Assembly (NCBI GenBank): GCA_043228905.1
Contig: JBHGNT010000036.1
Span: forward strand, 186,001 to 250,000
Origin: Azolla caroliniana
Taxonomy: Eukaryota > Plantae > Polypodiophyta
Direction: 5' to 3'
DNA length: 64,000 nt
In this document: positions 45,801 to 59,345 of the stretch, in pieces
How positions within the stretch are numbered: the stretch's first letter is position 1
How the letters are laid out: the number at the start of each line of letters is the position of its first letter
The notes under the pieces: model-generated
Told to the model about the DNA's origin: nothing
Database searches by the model: none
Seen by the model: only the letters and a program-made list of their open reading frames with translations
Program-made: the position numbers and the translations under genes

Positions 45801-48424
45801 CGGTGATGGGACTTTAAAGGTGAAGTCCGCGTCGACCGAGAAGGCCTCGACATCGGCTGATGTGAGATTACGCCGATCTACCCACCAGAAGAATCCTGTT
45901 TTGCGGTTCGGATACAACGAGTACATGGCGCATCACTATGCGTACATGACCCGTATAGCGGAAGTGTGTGAGCCGGAGAGCTACGTAGAAGCGGCGAAGG
46001 ACGCGAATTGGTGCACCACGATGGAGGAAGAGATGCACGCATTGGCGGAAAACGAGACCTGGGATCTGGTTGACACACCGAAGGGTGTGAAGCCGATCGG
46101 ATGTAGGTGGGTGTACAAGGTCAAGTACAACACCGACGGCTCGGTCAACCGATACAAGGCCCGGTTGGTGGCAAAAGGTTACGCGCAGAAACACGGCATT
46201 GACTACGATGAGACGTTTGCGCCGGTCGCGAAAATGACGACCGTCCGTGTTTTGCTCGCAGTAGCTGTGGTGAAGGGGTGGCACCTACATCAGATGGATG
46301 TAAAGAATGCGTTCCTGCAAGGTGACCTTGAGGAACAGGTGTACATGGTACAACCCCCCGGATTTCACTCTAGAACGAACTCCTCGGCAGTATGCCGACT
46401 GAAGAAGTCCCTTTACAGACTGAAGCAAGCCCCGCATGCTTGGAACATGAAGATCACGCAACAACTGCGTCGGATGGGCTTCGTCACGTCAAAATCAGAC
46501 TCTTCCCTGTTCATCCGGAAAGGTCGACTCAGACCGGTTAGTAGTCTACTATATGTTGATGACTTGGTCATCACGGGCGCCGACCTAGGTGAAATCGACC
46601 GCGTGAAGCTCCAGCTTGCGGCATCGTTCGACATGAAGGATCTGGGGGACCTTCATTACTTCCTCGGGATCGAAGTGATCCGCACCCCCGAAGGCATACT
46701 AATCAACCAATGTCATTACGCGCTGAATATGCTCTTCAAATTCGGGATGGCAGACTGTAAGTCCGTCTCCACTCCTCTGGATAGGACTGTCAAGCTTCGC
46801 CCCAATTCCGGCAAGGTTTGCGACCTGACAAGGTTCCGACAAGTTGTCGGAAGCCTTATCTACTTGACAATCACCTGACCCGATCTCAGTTATCCGGTCG
46901 GGGTGATCAGTCAATTCATGGCGCGACCTACCGAGGAGCACCTTCAATGTGCGCAACGCGTACTACGGTACGTCAGCGGCACTAAGGACCAGGGACTGCT
47001 ATATCGGACCGATATAGCCTCGTAGTTGGTCGGCTACACCGATGCTGACTAGGCCGGCTGTGTCGCCGATCGCCGATCCACGTCCGGACATGCGTTCTCT
47101 CTTGGGAGTGCCGCGATAGCGTGGAGTAGCAAGAAGCAGCCGACAGTTGCACTGTCGAGCATCAAAGTCGAGTACAAAGGAGCGGCTGTCGCAACATGCG
47201 AAGCCATATGGTTGAACCGGCTACTTAAGGATCTGCAGGTGGAGGTGTCCGATCCAACGATGATCTACTACGACAACCTTAGTAGCATCCAACTCGCGAA
47301 GAACCCCGTCTTCCACGCACGGACCAAGCACATTGAGGTGCACTACCATTTTGTCCGTCAGCGTGTCCTTTCTGGTGAAGTCGAACTTGAATATGTTCCG
47401 ACAGATCGGCAGACGACCGACATCTTCACCAAGCCTCTTGGTCTGGACAAGTTGCGGCAATTTTCGGGTGCGCTTGGGTTGTGTCACTTCGACGTGCCAA
47501 ACTTGAGGGGGAGAAACGTCCTAGATGACCACGAAAGGGAGCAGGAAAGGAGCGGAAAAGACCTCGGATCGGCTGAAGAAGCCGAGAGCGGATCCGCGGA
47601 AAAGTCCGGAAGCGGACACAAGGGGAGTAACCGAAAGAAAGAGCCAAAGCCAACCAGGCATGGGGGAGATGACGCCGTCAAGGGCAAGAAGACCGGAGAC
47701 GAGTTGGAGACAACCAACTCGGACGAGAGCGAAAACCGATCGAAGGTAGCCGAGTCAGTGCGGATGTTTGATTCAGATACACTAAATAAACTGAGGGCCG
47801 AGCGGAAAAGAAGGCGGCAGGAGAAGCGCCAACACCGCGACAGCAAGGGACCTGTGAAGGGCCGTGGGAGCAGACAAGCAGACCAAAAGGGTCGAAGCGC
47901 GCGGAGTCGAATAGGCCGAGGAGCGCGAGTGAGGCGTGGAGCTAGGAGAAGCCGGAGCATAGGTCCGACAGAGCAGGCGGAACCTCAAGTTGAGCTTGAG
48001 GGGGAGTGTTGAGAGACAAGCTCAACATTTGTGCGTAATACGATGCGTAACCAGTGCGTAGACTGGGTGCATAAAACCGGTACGCAGACCGGTGCGTAGA
48101 AAGGCCGTATTGGTGCGTAGACCGAAATGCCGTTAGAAAGATATTCCTCGTAAGGAATACTTTTGGGAGTAAGTGTCGAGGCTCATTTATGAGCACTTAA
48201 GTACTGTCAGTACTTGTGTCAGCCCACTGTCAGGGCTTGTATAAAAGTGCTCACTGAGCACATCCTATGTACAGATTGAAGATTATTTTTGAATTTAACT
48301 TCTCGTGTTACTCTCTCTCTCTGTCTCTCCCGCGTATACTGAGTAAGCTCAAGCTCTCCATTAAACCTGAGTTTTCTTCCTTCTGTTCGGTCTTCATACT
48401 TGCTTCCGCACGTTACTTTTTACA
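42804..48424 (+). mobile_element. Full-length Ty1/copia (copy B, same family as A) inserted in the LTR of the previous element
   Basis: 418-bp LTRs 42804-43221 and 48007-48424 (7 differences counted by eye); perfect TSD GGTCG; PBS TGGTATCAGAGC; PPT. Confidence 0.98.
43306..48012 (+). pseudogene. copia B gag-pol with several in-frame stops and a C-terminal extension
   Basis: CWYCGKKGHRESEC, WYVDS, FIDD, EQNGVAER, YVDDL, RTKHIEVHYHF; stops at 43327, 44515, 46876 and others. Confidence 0.95.
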
Positions 48425-48429
48425 GGTCG

Positions 48430-48479
48430 AATGGGAGTCGGCCGAACATATGTATGTATATATACATACATACATATAC

Positions 48480-48511
<32 letters not shown>

Positions 48512-49110
48512 GTGTGTGTGTGTGTGTAGGTGTGTGTAGGTAATCGTATATATGTATATGAGATGAGTTAGTATATATAGTGAGAGTCGAACTAGCTGCG
48601 TTTGTATGTGGGATAACTTACTAAGAGTAAAAACAGTGATAGAAGCGCGAATGTGAACTTAAGTAATTGAGCGCGTGAGGTGTAAGTGAATGTGTTGCAA
48701 GAGTAGAGCGATATAGAGAACGATAGAATGCTAACACAATAGTGGTTGTGCAAGTGACATAGTGCAAAAGCTGAGCGTGAGAGGAAACAAAGAAATGAGA
48801 GTGAAACAGAGAAGAAAGAGAGACAAAACAGAGAAGCTTTGGAAGCTTCAAAAGTGACAGATACCTACAAGTTAGGGTTTGATGCACTCGGCTGAATTTG
48901 TGGTTTCAGATAACAACATGACAGTACATCCATACCAAATCAGGTTCTATCATTCCATGTTTGTATTTCTTCTTGTCTCATAGTGGAAATTTCTGTTTGC
49001 CGTGGTTTTTCCCTGAAATCAGGGTTTTCCACGTAAATCGCGTGCTCCTTGTTTTTCGTTTTGTTTGTGTCTCAGTATATTAGTGGTTTACGTCTGAGTA
49101 AAATCTTTCA
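48430..49110 (+). repeat. Remainder of the Tnt1-like element's 3' LTR
   Basis: Continues after the GGTCG TSD; TATATATA at about 48572; copia U5-like GGGTTTTCCACGTAAAT at about 49022; right end approximate. Confidence 0.65.
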
Positions 49111-49242
49111 ATAGGGTCATTGAAAACTTTGGGGTATTTTGGTAAATATTCAAACGTCAAGGGTATTTCTATTCAGATATTATTTTAAAACCAGTTGAAA
49201 ACTTCGTCATAAAATTGTGATAATTTGTTCTCCTTATTGGCA

Positions 49243-50775
49243 GAACAAGTACTTTGCGGCATCGTGCAGTAGACTTGAACCTGAAAATCTGTGCCAATGG
49301 CTATATTGCAGTTGTAGACTTGCTAAAACTTGGAGTCAAAACAATGGCTGGGATACCGTTGAGTGTCTACACTGTGGAAGATGTAATGAAGATGCCACCT
49401 TGAACTGCACTAGAATAAGTTCCATAGTTTTAGCAATGACATATAAATCTTGCAAACAACTTTGATTGAGTCTTTGTGGCCTATGTTTCTCTATTGTTTG
49501 ATAGTTTTTTATGCACACCTTTCTAGTTGTTTTATAGTTGGTTTTGACCATCACAACACAAATGTGGTAGTGACATAATTCATTGGTTTTTCTATCAACA
49601 TGCAATATCTTTAATGATGGTTTATTTGTTTCACAGATTGGATTTTGACTCGAGAGATTAAAGATTACAAGAAAATACAGTGTTTTCATTCTTTTTGTTT
49701 TCTTTCTATCTACGTCTGTTTTGTTGGAGACTCTGGATTGTTTTCATGTTCTTATGTTCAAATTCTTGGTAAAGGCATATTTGTACATTGTAATTTGTGA
49801 GTGTTTTTTGTGTGGAATTATTTGTGTAGGCTGTAGAACAAGACAATAAGCAACGTTTTGGATTATTGGAGGAAGATGGCGTCCTCTTGATAAGGGCTAA
49901 TCAAGGACATAGTCTAAAAGTACGTGGAAAGCTATTTGAATCTAGTTTTGGAAGAGTTTCTCCAATTGGGAGATTTTTGCTTTTCTTGAGTGATTGGCTC
50001 TTTGTTTTAGGCCGTGGAAACAGAGAAGTTGTTGAAACCAATCTTGTCAGCTGATGAAATTCCTGGTAAATTTTGGGAATTAAATCTACCATGTGTTTAT
50101 TCTATGAAATTTTATAAGAATGCCATTTGTGAATCATCATATCCCTTTATGGGAGCTTTCGATAGGCATGTGTAAATTAGTTCTCACTTTATATTATTTG
50201 ACAGTTTGTATACATGGTACTTCAATGAACAATCTCGATTTAATACTACGTTCTGGATTAAAAAGGATGGGGAGAAATCATGTACATTTTGCAACCGGTT
50301 TACCGACGGAGGATGGAGTAATAAGTGGTATGCCAATTATAATCAGGTTAAATCTGAAGTATATATTGAGATCAAACTTAATTAAGCCATGACTCTCTAA
50401 ACTTTCCATTGGATTGCAGGAATGAGATCTTCCAGTGATGTTATAATATACTTAGATTCTAAGAAAGCCCTTGAAGGTCTGAGTTTTCATATGCTTCGTT
50501 TTGTATATGAATTTGTTCTATCTACATCTACATAGACATGCCATATTGTGTCTGAGTTTTCATATGTTTCATTCTATATATAAATTTGTTCTATCTACAT
50601 AAATATTCATGTGCCATATTGTCTCCAGATGGCATGAAACTATATATGATAATGGAGTAATTTTGACGGAGGGATTTGATGGAGTTGTATTAGCCAAGTA
50701 CTTTGCACAAGTTGCGAAGTGGAGAAAATGGAAAGTTGTTCCTTTGAATTTGACGGTTAAGAAAGATTTGGAATA
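49243..50775 (+). pseudogene. TRPT1: tRNA 2'-phosphotransferase (Tpt1/KptA family), probable pseudogene
   Basis: Exons about 49243-49391, 49830-49919, 50011-50065, 50205-50327, 50420-50476, 50629-50775; motifs LRH, DNKQRF, IRANQGHS, HGT, GLKRMGRNHVHF, ISGMR, VILTEG. Frameshift at about 50647, AT at the expected donor 49392, and no 5' exon found. Confidence 0.88.
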
Positions 50776-53700
50776 ACACATGATCCTATTGCCTTTCTCA
50801 TGACCCTAAAAAGCTATAAGGATCAGAGTGGGATCAAGGAAGGATGATCAGTCAAGGATTGTGGCGATGATTGAGAAGATGGTACTGTCAACAGACACTA
50901 ATAGAGGGTACGTGCGAAGGGGGTGGGGGATATCTAAAAATCCAAAAGCAATGCATTTAGTACCAATTCCACTCCTCACATTTCTTATTGAGATTCATCT
51001 AAAAAAGGTATTTATGATCATTTTTAATGGAATTCATAGCAAAAGGTATTATGTTCACTGTTTTCCAACAGGTTACTATGTGAAGTAGCCCATAGATGAA
51101 CATTTATCTATCTGTAAAGATATGCACACCAGTGAAATGTGGTTGATAAGAGTTCATTTAGCTCCTTTGTTTGGCATGCGTACATGCAAGGACTTTGAAT
51201 GTTTAGGTGTGTCGTGATCAGTGTCATACTCTATCTTAAGATATTCTTCTCAACATCTTTCTCGAAGCTTTAAGTAAATGAGTTTGCCACGCAAGACCTT
51301 GAAAATCACTAAATTTCTTGATCTAGGACTTTGGATGGCTTTTTTGCATTGATTAGGAGTTCTTAAAAAGCTCTAGAAATAATTTTTGAGCAACAGAAGG
51401 TTCTAATATTCTTAGACTTATGCAGGAATATTCAATGATCTCATTATATAACCCACCCATGGCTCAGGTCCATAGCTCAGAAGTTTTGGGTTTTTACCAA
51501 TTTTATTGTGCAAGTCTTGTATGAAGTAATGCACTAGTCTTGTATTGAGTAATACTGTTTTGTGAAATCTCAACCTTTTATCATTTTGTATTTCATCCTT
51601 GTATACGTGACAATGTGAATTAGATACATCATGATATAGCCATTTGAACCATAATAACATATATAGTTTTTACCTTTACAATGCACATCGTTGGATCTTG
51701 TCCTTTTCATACCTTAATGAATAACACTATCTCATATCATTGAATCTAATTCATTGAATACTAGAATTTAATGCTCCTCTTCATCAAGAACTTTTTCGAG
51801 GGGGATTTGTAGTTATAAGCTCTTCAATGGTGGCTTTGAATGTTTGAGAGCAATTTTTTTCGAGCTCTTGTAGCAAATCTTTGTAACATTTATTTGAATA
51901 ATTATCAATCTCTTGTGTGCGCCAGTAGTTTGGCAAGACTCCCACCTTGGACTTGCCTTACCACAAGTTAGAATATGTAAGATTTTGCCTCCAATTTTCA
52001 TGGGGCATCTAAATGGAAGGGTTGTGAGCATAACTTGAATATTAGAGTTCAATATTATAATGTCTTCAGCACAAAGTTCAATTGATCATAACGTGTGCAC
52101 AAGTAGTATAGTAGTGATTGTTCATTGATAAATGATGCAATCAAGCCCCAAAGCTTTCTCCCCAAGCAATATCAATATCAATATCAAATTCACTACACTA
52201 CAAAGCATGGTTACCTAGCATAGGAACATTTTGGGAATGAGGATATAAATTCGAGAATGGAAGCTGGGGCCAATAGCACACAACATTTGAATTTTCAAAT
52301 TTTGAATAGAAAAGTGATGCATAGGTACAAACTTATGAGCAAAAGCATGTCTAAGGACCAACATTTGACCAAATGCATGTTTAGTCAATCATATGTAACA
52401 ATACTCGGTAGCCATTTGAACATTCAAAATATTATGCAATATATTTCTACCTGTAATAAAACCATATTGAGATGGATGAATAAGTTGAGGTAAAAATTTC
52501 TTAAGTCTGTTGGATAATAGCTTTGCAAACACTATGTACAACCCTCCCATCAATGAAATAGGCAACCATTGATGAAATGACTCCGAAGATGGTACCTTTG
52601 GTATCAATTTGATTAAGCCCACCTTCCAGCTCTTAGGCATGAAACCAGAATCCCAACATTGTTGAAACATTTGTGTGAATGGACTCTTAAGCATGTTAGC
52701 ATACTTCTTAAAAACTTCATTTGTAACACCATCCCAGCCATGGCTTTTACCATTTGGACAGTGTAACAATACCTTTTCCACCTCAACTTCTTCAAAATCG
52801 GCATCCAATTGTTAACAAATATTTGTATTCATGACACTCCCAATTACATTATAAAATTCTTGTCGCGCTTTCAAGACATCCTCATTAATAATCATCTCTG
52901 GCCCAATCAAATTCTTAAAATGAGTAATACATAACTCAATAACCTTCATTGGGTATACAACAATGTCATCCCCTATCTTAATTTGTACCACATTTGTACG
53001 AGCATATGGCAGTCTTAATCCTTGAAAAAACATATGAGATTGTGATTGATTATCTATAAATCCCTCCTTTAATTGGCGTAGTCTATAACTTTGACAAGAC
53101 AAATTCTTCACAATTTCCTGTACTTGAACTTGAACATCCAAAAGTTCTTCATCATGCGGATTATTCATCAATAGTACATTGTATTGCGTAAGAATATATG
53201 AGAACTTATCAATCAATTTCTTACATCTTTTAGCATTAGTCATACCATACCTACGATGAATATCATTGATATTTTGTAGTGTTATATCCTATGCATGCCA
53301 TCCTTTTGAAATAACTTGTTCTGAAAACATGCCAAAAATTTGTTGCATATAGGCATCAAATAAGGAATGTAATAATAACGAAGAATTAAACCTCAAAGGA
53401 ACTCGATGAAGCAATGTTTTGTACATGTCTACCCCATGTTTTATTAAACTCAAAACATATGGGAAAATGATCCGATGTCACAACCTCTTGCATAATTGAC
53501 ATATTAAGCATCTCTAGCAAGGACTCATCATGCATAACATACATTCTATCTAACCTACTCGATGTTTCCTTATATTGCATAGACTGAAATGTAAACCCAA
53601 CCTCATCTTGATGCAACCAATTCCATACATCTAACTTCAAAACCTCTGATGCCAATTTGTCCCAAACTGCTTGCTCAAGAGAATCCATCAACGAGAATCT

Positions 53701-54015
53701 TTAAGTAGATTGTGAAGCATCAACACACATATTAAAATCACTCATTATCAAACCAACACGGCCCAATGATAGTCGTGAATACATTGAAGACCATAACTCA
53801 ATGCATTGATTAACACTATTGGGTGCATAGATTTCTACCAACCATATCAAATCCTGAAAATACTTTACCTCCATCACCAAAAAACATCCATATGGACCAT
53901 TATAGACTATATGTGGACAAAATGAATCACGAATAATCATGACAAACATCCATATGGACCAAAGTATACTTCGTATTCAAGAAGGGAAAACGAAGTGCAA
54001 TGAGTTTAATGGTGC

Positions 54016-54318
54016 TCGACCTTTCATGCGATTAGGAAATTCCACGGCAATGGTCCCGCGAATTCGAGAAGTTACCACCGGAATGGCCAGCCCAATTGCG
54101 AATTCCGCAACTGCCACCGTTAACACTAGTAAAGTGAGTGATTAACCCATCATATCATCCGAATAGACAGAAAATACCGGAGAGTTCAAATTGACAGCCA
54201 ATAACATTAACTCAATTAGCATCGGCATAATAGTAATATTCCTTCTATTTGAGAGAATTCCCTGAATACCTGAAAGAGAGGAAATCATGGAAAATGTCAA
54301 ATATTTGACCAGATCCGT
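54016..54318 (-). pseudogene. nad4L: Mitochondrial NADH dehydrogenase subunit 4L in its unedited genomic form
   Basis: 101 codons: (ACG)[11 protein letters not shown]...[11 protein letters not shown]...DDMMG...GLAI...[13 protein letters not shown](CGA). Confidence 0.93.
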
Positions 54319-54538
54319 AAGAAAAAGTCTTTCTTCGTTTCATAAAAATCGTAGTGAGATTGGTTCTTTATAATCATGGCTGTTTAAAAAGAAGTGAAAA
54401 GGGGCAAGTAATCCCATATACCAATATAGCGAAAAGTGACCGAAGCATGATGCAGGTTCGGTTGAAAGGAAGAACCCGCTAGCCCGCCCTGAACAAGGGC
54501 AAAGCATTCCGTAGGTATATAATCTAATGTGCACTTTC

Positions 54539-54588
54539 CGCATCCTACAGGACTTGAACCTGTGACCTTCAACTTAGAAGGTTGTTGC
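54539..54588 (-). tRNA. trnR-UCU: 3' two-thirds of mitochondrial tRNA-Arg(UCU), truncated at the NUMT edge
   Basis: Minus strand GCAACAACCTTCTAAGTTGAAGGTCACAGGTTCAAGTCCTGTAGGATGC: CAAC/GTTG anticodon stem around TCT, and ACAGG/CCTGT T-stem. Confidence 0.8.
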
Positions 54589-56544
54589 GGAATATCCACG
54601 CAAATGTAACATAGATCCTGCTAAATCATGACACTTATGTTCAACTGCACATAAAACATCCCATTCTTTATCAAATAAAGTTTTCCATAATATATATTTC
54701 TTATGAGGAGAAGATGCCCCTCTCACATTCCATGATACCACTTTCATTTAACACCTTTGGTAAGAACTTGCTCTTTATGAGCAAGTGTATTCATGAATGT
54801 GCGAACTACTTGTTCAAGTGCTGCATAAGGATTCGTGTGTACTACATCCCCCCCACCAATACTAGGGTTTTGTTGTCTAGCTCCACGACGAAGTCCTTGA
54901 TTTAATTGAGGTCGCACCACCCTTCATGAAGAATCAAATTGTAATTGATTGAACAATCTTTGGTTTCACACTTGTTTCTACCAAGGATTTTTCTTAAACC
55001 CCTCCTTCAATCTCAAATTATCTTTTGGGAATGCCTTACCATTAGTATTTTTTATGTCCCTTTGTATGGCAACACCCTTCCCTTTTATCTTATGCTTCAC
55101 TTGATGCCACTCTCCATCTTCAACATTTGGGCCATCATTAATACATACTCCATTCTCCTCTCCAACACCTCTAACATGACCATGAACTTTAGGATCTCAC
55201 TCTAACCCACGAGATGTTCCTTCATCCCTAACCATATCAACCATTGAAACAATATCCTTCTCACCATCTTCCTTATTTTTCCCTTTGACATTATTTTCCG
55301 GGAATAGTTCACCATCATATTGGCATTCAACCATAAAATGCCCCAATTTACCACATTTAAAACAATGTCCGGCAAAAGTTTCCCATTGCAGCTTAAAACG
55401 AAATTGACCAAATCGAGATGTATCAATACTCAACTATCCTGGACGTTTACAACTTGTATCCCATAACATGCAAAATCTTCATTTGTTCAATGAATTAACA
55501 TGAGGAGTAACCAAAACTTTACCAATTTGAGACATTAATCCTGGTAATCAATCCCAAAAGAACGAGTTACTACAATCAACTGTCACCCAAATTGGGCATT
55601 GTTGTTTTAATAAATCTTTATAATCCACCACTGGAACCCATTCCATCACATGCACTAATCTTCTATCAAAAAAGATTGGTACTTTTGCCATCAAAGCCGT
55701 ACGGTGTTCTGACGATCGGAAAACCACATAATAGAAACCTCTTGGACCCACATACACATCCTCTTGGACAAAATTACATCAGAAACATGTTTCAACCTTA
55801 TTCTTGGAAGTTCCGTAAAATCTAATAGTCATGTGTTCGTGCAAGCATTCAAACGTTTGAAAAAGGGAAAAATACGTGCTCCTTTTCTTTTTCTTTTTTT
55901 TTCATTTGTTTTCATTATGTACAAATTTAGCTCATAATATAGACCATAGTCAATACAATCAAACGTGTGAATCCAATCCCAACTTTGAGTTGATTTACCC
56001 ACCCCATGCACGTTGGATTGAATCACACGCGAATGCGAATGCGAATGATACGTATGATACGTATGACAAGTTTGGAACGTCATTGCGTTTTTTCTTCTTC
56101 TTCCAGTTCTCCATCACCTTCACCCACACCATTATTTCTTCTGTATCTTTCTCTTCATTTTCTGCTCGTCTACTTCTGCATCTTCTACTTACTTCAGTTT
56201 CCGACCATTATTTCTTTCTTCTCCTCAAGACTTTCTTCACCTTCAGTTCGTCTTCATCATCATCATCATCTCCTTCTTCTTCTTCTTCTTCTTCTTCTTC
56301 TTCAATTTCCGAGTAAGTTTCTTTCTTCTCCTCAAGAAGACCTTCCTATTCTTCTTCATCTTCTTCTTCCATTGCTGCATCTCCATCTCCATCATCATCT
56401 TCTCATTCCATCGCTACATCACTTTCTTCTTCTTCTTCTTCTTCTTCTGCAGAATCTTCTTTCCTTTTCTTTTCGATACTCTATTCTTCTTCCATTTCGG
56501 AACCTTTCCTTTCTTCTTCTTGCATCTGTATTTCCAATTCGTCC

Positions 56545-57559
56545 ATGGAGATCTCGAACATGGAACCTAATCCACCTCATAATGACAAAGACAGTGAAAC
56601 TTTTCTGAATGACTTCTTCTATGAGAACATCCAGGCCCCTAAATGGATTGATTTCGAACTTCCCGAAGCACCTGTGGATGACTACGAGTGGTTCTGCAAA
56701 AGACCTGGTAAGGATATGACAATATCACACATCGAGGAATTATAACAGATCTCTTTCCTAAACGAATATCTGCAAGATGTCTCTCTAATTCCTTAAAATA
56801 GTTCATTAAACATTTCCTTAAAATGGTCCCGAAAACATCGTTGTTTCTTGGAACATTCAGTCGTTTTAAAAAAATCTAGAGTTTCTTAATTTGTGCCTAC
56901 GTGATTTTTAACTATATTATGACATACTAACATCTTCAGGCGTTTATTTGATTTTCTTTTTATATTTGTAATCAAAACTTTTATTGGCTATTATTGGATA
57001 GACTGGCAATGAAAACTGGGTGTTGTTTTGACTTGGTTTTGACCCTACAAAATCTCTAGCCATGTTTATACATCAACTAATTGGTTTCTGTTTCATGATT
57101 TGGTTTTCATTGCTTCTACTTTACGTTACACTTTTTGTCACATTGATAGTGCTTTATCTGAATCACGTCATTATTTGTACTCTAATGTTTAGGTTGTTTT
57201 ACTGCTACATGAATAATTTTATGAATCATATTTCATGCCATCATTTTGTCGTTGAAGGTTGCCCACACGAAAAGGAGCTTATTTGCCAATCACCTAAGCC
57301 TGAAAAGGAGCTTATTTGCCAATCACCTAAGCCTAATATTCAAGCTCAGGTGAAAAGCTTTTTATCACTGAAATATTTTATTCAAATTCGGAGCAATTTT
57401 TTTTATTTTGTCTAGATTAACGTTTTGAGCTATTGGTGACAACTTTATTTAATGTTTTACTCTCTACGCGATTTGCAGACTATTCCAGAAGATATGTGTA
57501 TGAGTCGAAGATCATCTTCTAGGACACACTTGGTGGTACCGTCTTCCTTTGCAGAGAAG
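56545..57559 (+). CDS. 5' exons of an uncharacterised plant protein with an N-terminal FYENIxAPKWIDF...DDxxWFC motif (3' part not resolved)
   Basis: In-frame GT-AG exons 56545-56707, 57258-57349 and 57479-57559, after a (CTT)n-rich leader; 33-bp in-frame duplication (EKELICQSPKP twice). Confidence 0.65.
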
Positions 57560-58969
57560 GTGATTACTACATGTGATGGCCTTGCTTCTTCTCTCTTCAT
57601 CTCTTTTTTCTGTTGCTTCTAGTTCTCATTGATGGCCACGGATTTTATTTCATCCTCGTTCCTGAAATTGTACATGGTAATGATGATGTTGTACATGGTA
57701 ATAGAGAGAAAACCAAAGAGTAGTCACTTGATTTTTTCATTCCTAGTTTTTTCTATTGTTGTGGTGGAAAGAAATGTTTCTTTACCCCCAAGAAACTCAC
57801 TTCCAGACATTATACTGTTTGTTTCCAATTCTGGTTGCCATTTTTCTTTCTTCCGAAGAAAATAAGAAATTGTATTTCTGGCTGTCGGGTTTTAGTAATG
57901 GAATGTCAACTCACTCTTTGGATAATGACAGTTTAAATGCCAACCACCCTTTGGACAATGCCAACCCAATGTCACTAGTTATGGAAGGAAGAGATATCAA
58001 ATACATAAACCTTGTCACTAGTTACGGAAGAGATACATATTGTAGAAAAAAAGTGTAGGAAGTAGCTACCCAATGTATATATATATAGACATGCGAGATG
58101 TCACTTTCTTACAATGCACGAAGATGGGATTACCAGACTATCGAATTTGGTCTCACGTTTTAGGATTACCAAACCCTAGGAAGATTGGCTGTTTATTGTG
58201 CTTATTGGAGATGATATCGAAACTAACTGTTAATATAGCTATTAAACATCCAAACCGTTCTTGAAACTTCTTAATATAGCTATTAAAGTTATCTGGTAAT
58301 GGTGATCTCTACTCTAGCAATGCTGCAAACTATTTATGCTACTCTACAAATTAGGACGCATTTGAAGCATATAGAAGCACACATGGTCAATAAATTCTTG
58401 ATATTGTCATAGAGATAACAATGCTCTTTCAACGTGGTAATTCATATAGGTGATCCTCATGTTGTTGCTTCTCAGACTTCCCTATACTTGGTTCTAGGAA
58501 GTTCCCAATAAGTTGCTGTACTTCCGGCAAAACTTGAAAGTATTCTCCTTCTTGCATACACTCCATAGCTAGGAAAAACAAAGCTTGCTAAAGTTCCCAT
58601 CATGCTCACCATTTTATGATCTAGCATAGCTAGGAGTATTGCCATAATTATAGCATAAGATACTTTCATTTACCATGTACCTTTGATTGTCAATTAAAAT
58701 TGCTGCAATTAAAAATCGGAATCATGTTTGCCGCCTAAAATGGGGCATTGTTGTGGCAATGCTTACTGGGGAATGTTTTGGTTGTCTGAGCCCAGCCCTT
58801 GTCTGTCAGTCGCAAGAGGATGCCAATTTTTGTTCCGTTGGTGTAAATTTCGGTACTTTGAACCATTTGGACAAACTGGATTCACGTAATTTGGGCAGCT
58901 GCCTATCATTATCTTTTGTTTCTTCGTCCTCTTCCAGATAATATTTTCTATGATTGTTTTCAATTTGCT

Positions 58970-59345
58970 TAAATCTTTGAATGAACATTTAAGAGTGTTT
59001 GAAGTTGAAAGCTTCTACATTTCTGTGGGTTTTTGTCTCACAAGGAGGTTTACCACTAGTAATATAAGGCTGAGAAATAGAAAAAAGAAGTGAGCTTGCA
59101 CGTTTATCTATCCATTATTCTTCATGTCAAAATAAATTGAACATGTTACAACAAAGCTGAAATCTTTGAATGAACGTTTGAGCATTGAATGAAAGCTTCT
59201 ACGTTTCTCTGGGGTTTTTGTCTCACACGGAAGTTTGCCACTACTAATATAATTAGTGTTGAGAAAAAGAAAAAAGAAGTGAGCTTGCACATTTATCAAT
59301 CCATTATTCTTTATGCCAGAATGAATTCAATATGTTACAAGAGAT
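58970..59345. repeat. Diverged tandem duplication of about 190 bp
   Basis: AAATCTTTGAATGAAC...GAAAGCTTCTAC...AAAAAAGAAGTGAGCTTGCAC...TCCATTATTCTT occurs twice. Confidence 0.75.

Larger units (their letters stand above)
53962..54588 (-). other. Nuclear insertion of mitochondrial DNA (NUMT) inside the L1 endonuclease region
   Basis: Contains a complete nad4L frame and a trnR fragment; L1 sequence resumes on both sides. Confidence 0.9.
51420..55830 (-). mobile_element. Decayed plant L1-clade LINE
   Basis: ORF1 remnants with zinc knuckle CFKCGKLGHFMVEC; endonuclease IYAPN, DFN, SRLDRMY, SDHFPI; RT KSHGWDG, LIKLIPK, PISL, QYGFI.GR.I. Confidence 0.9.

Noticed and set aside
55876-56608. 146-aa and 200-aa Ser/Leu/His-rich ORFs
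   Set aside because: Products of (CTT)n and (CAT)n microsatellites in a gene leader.
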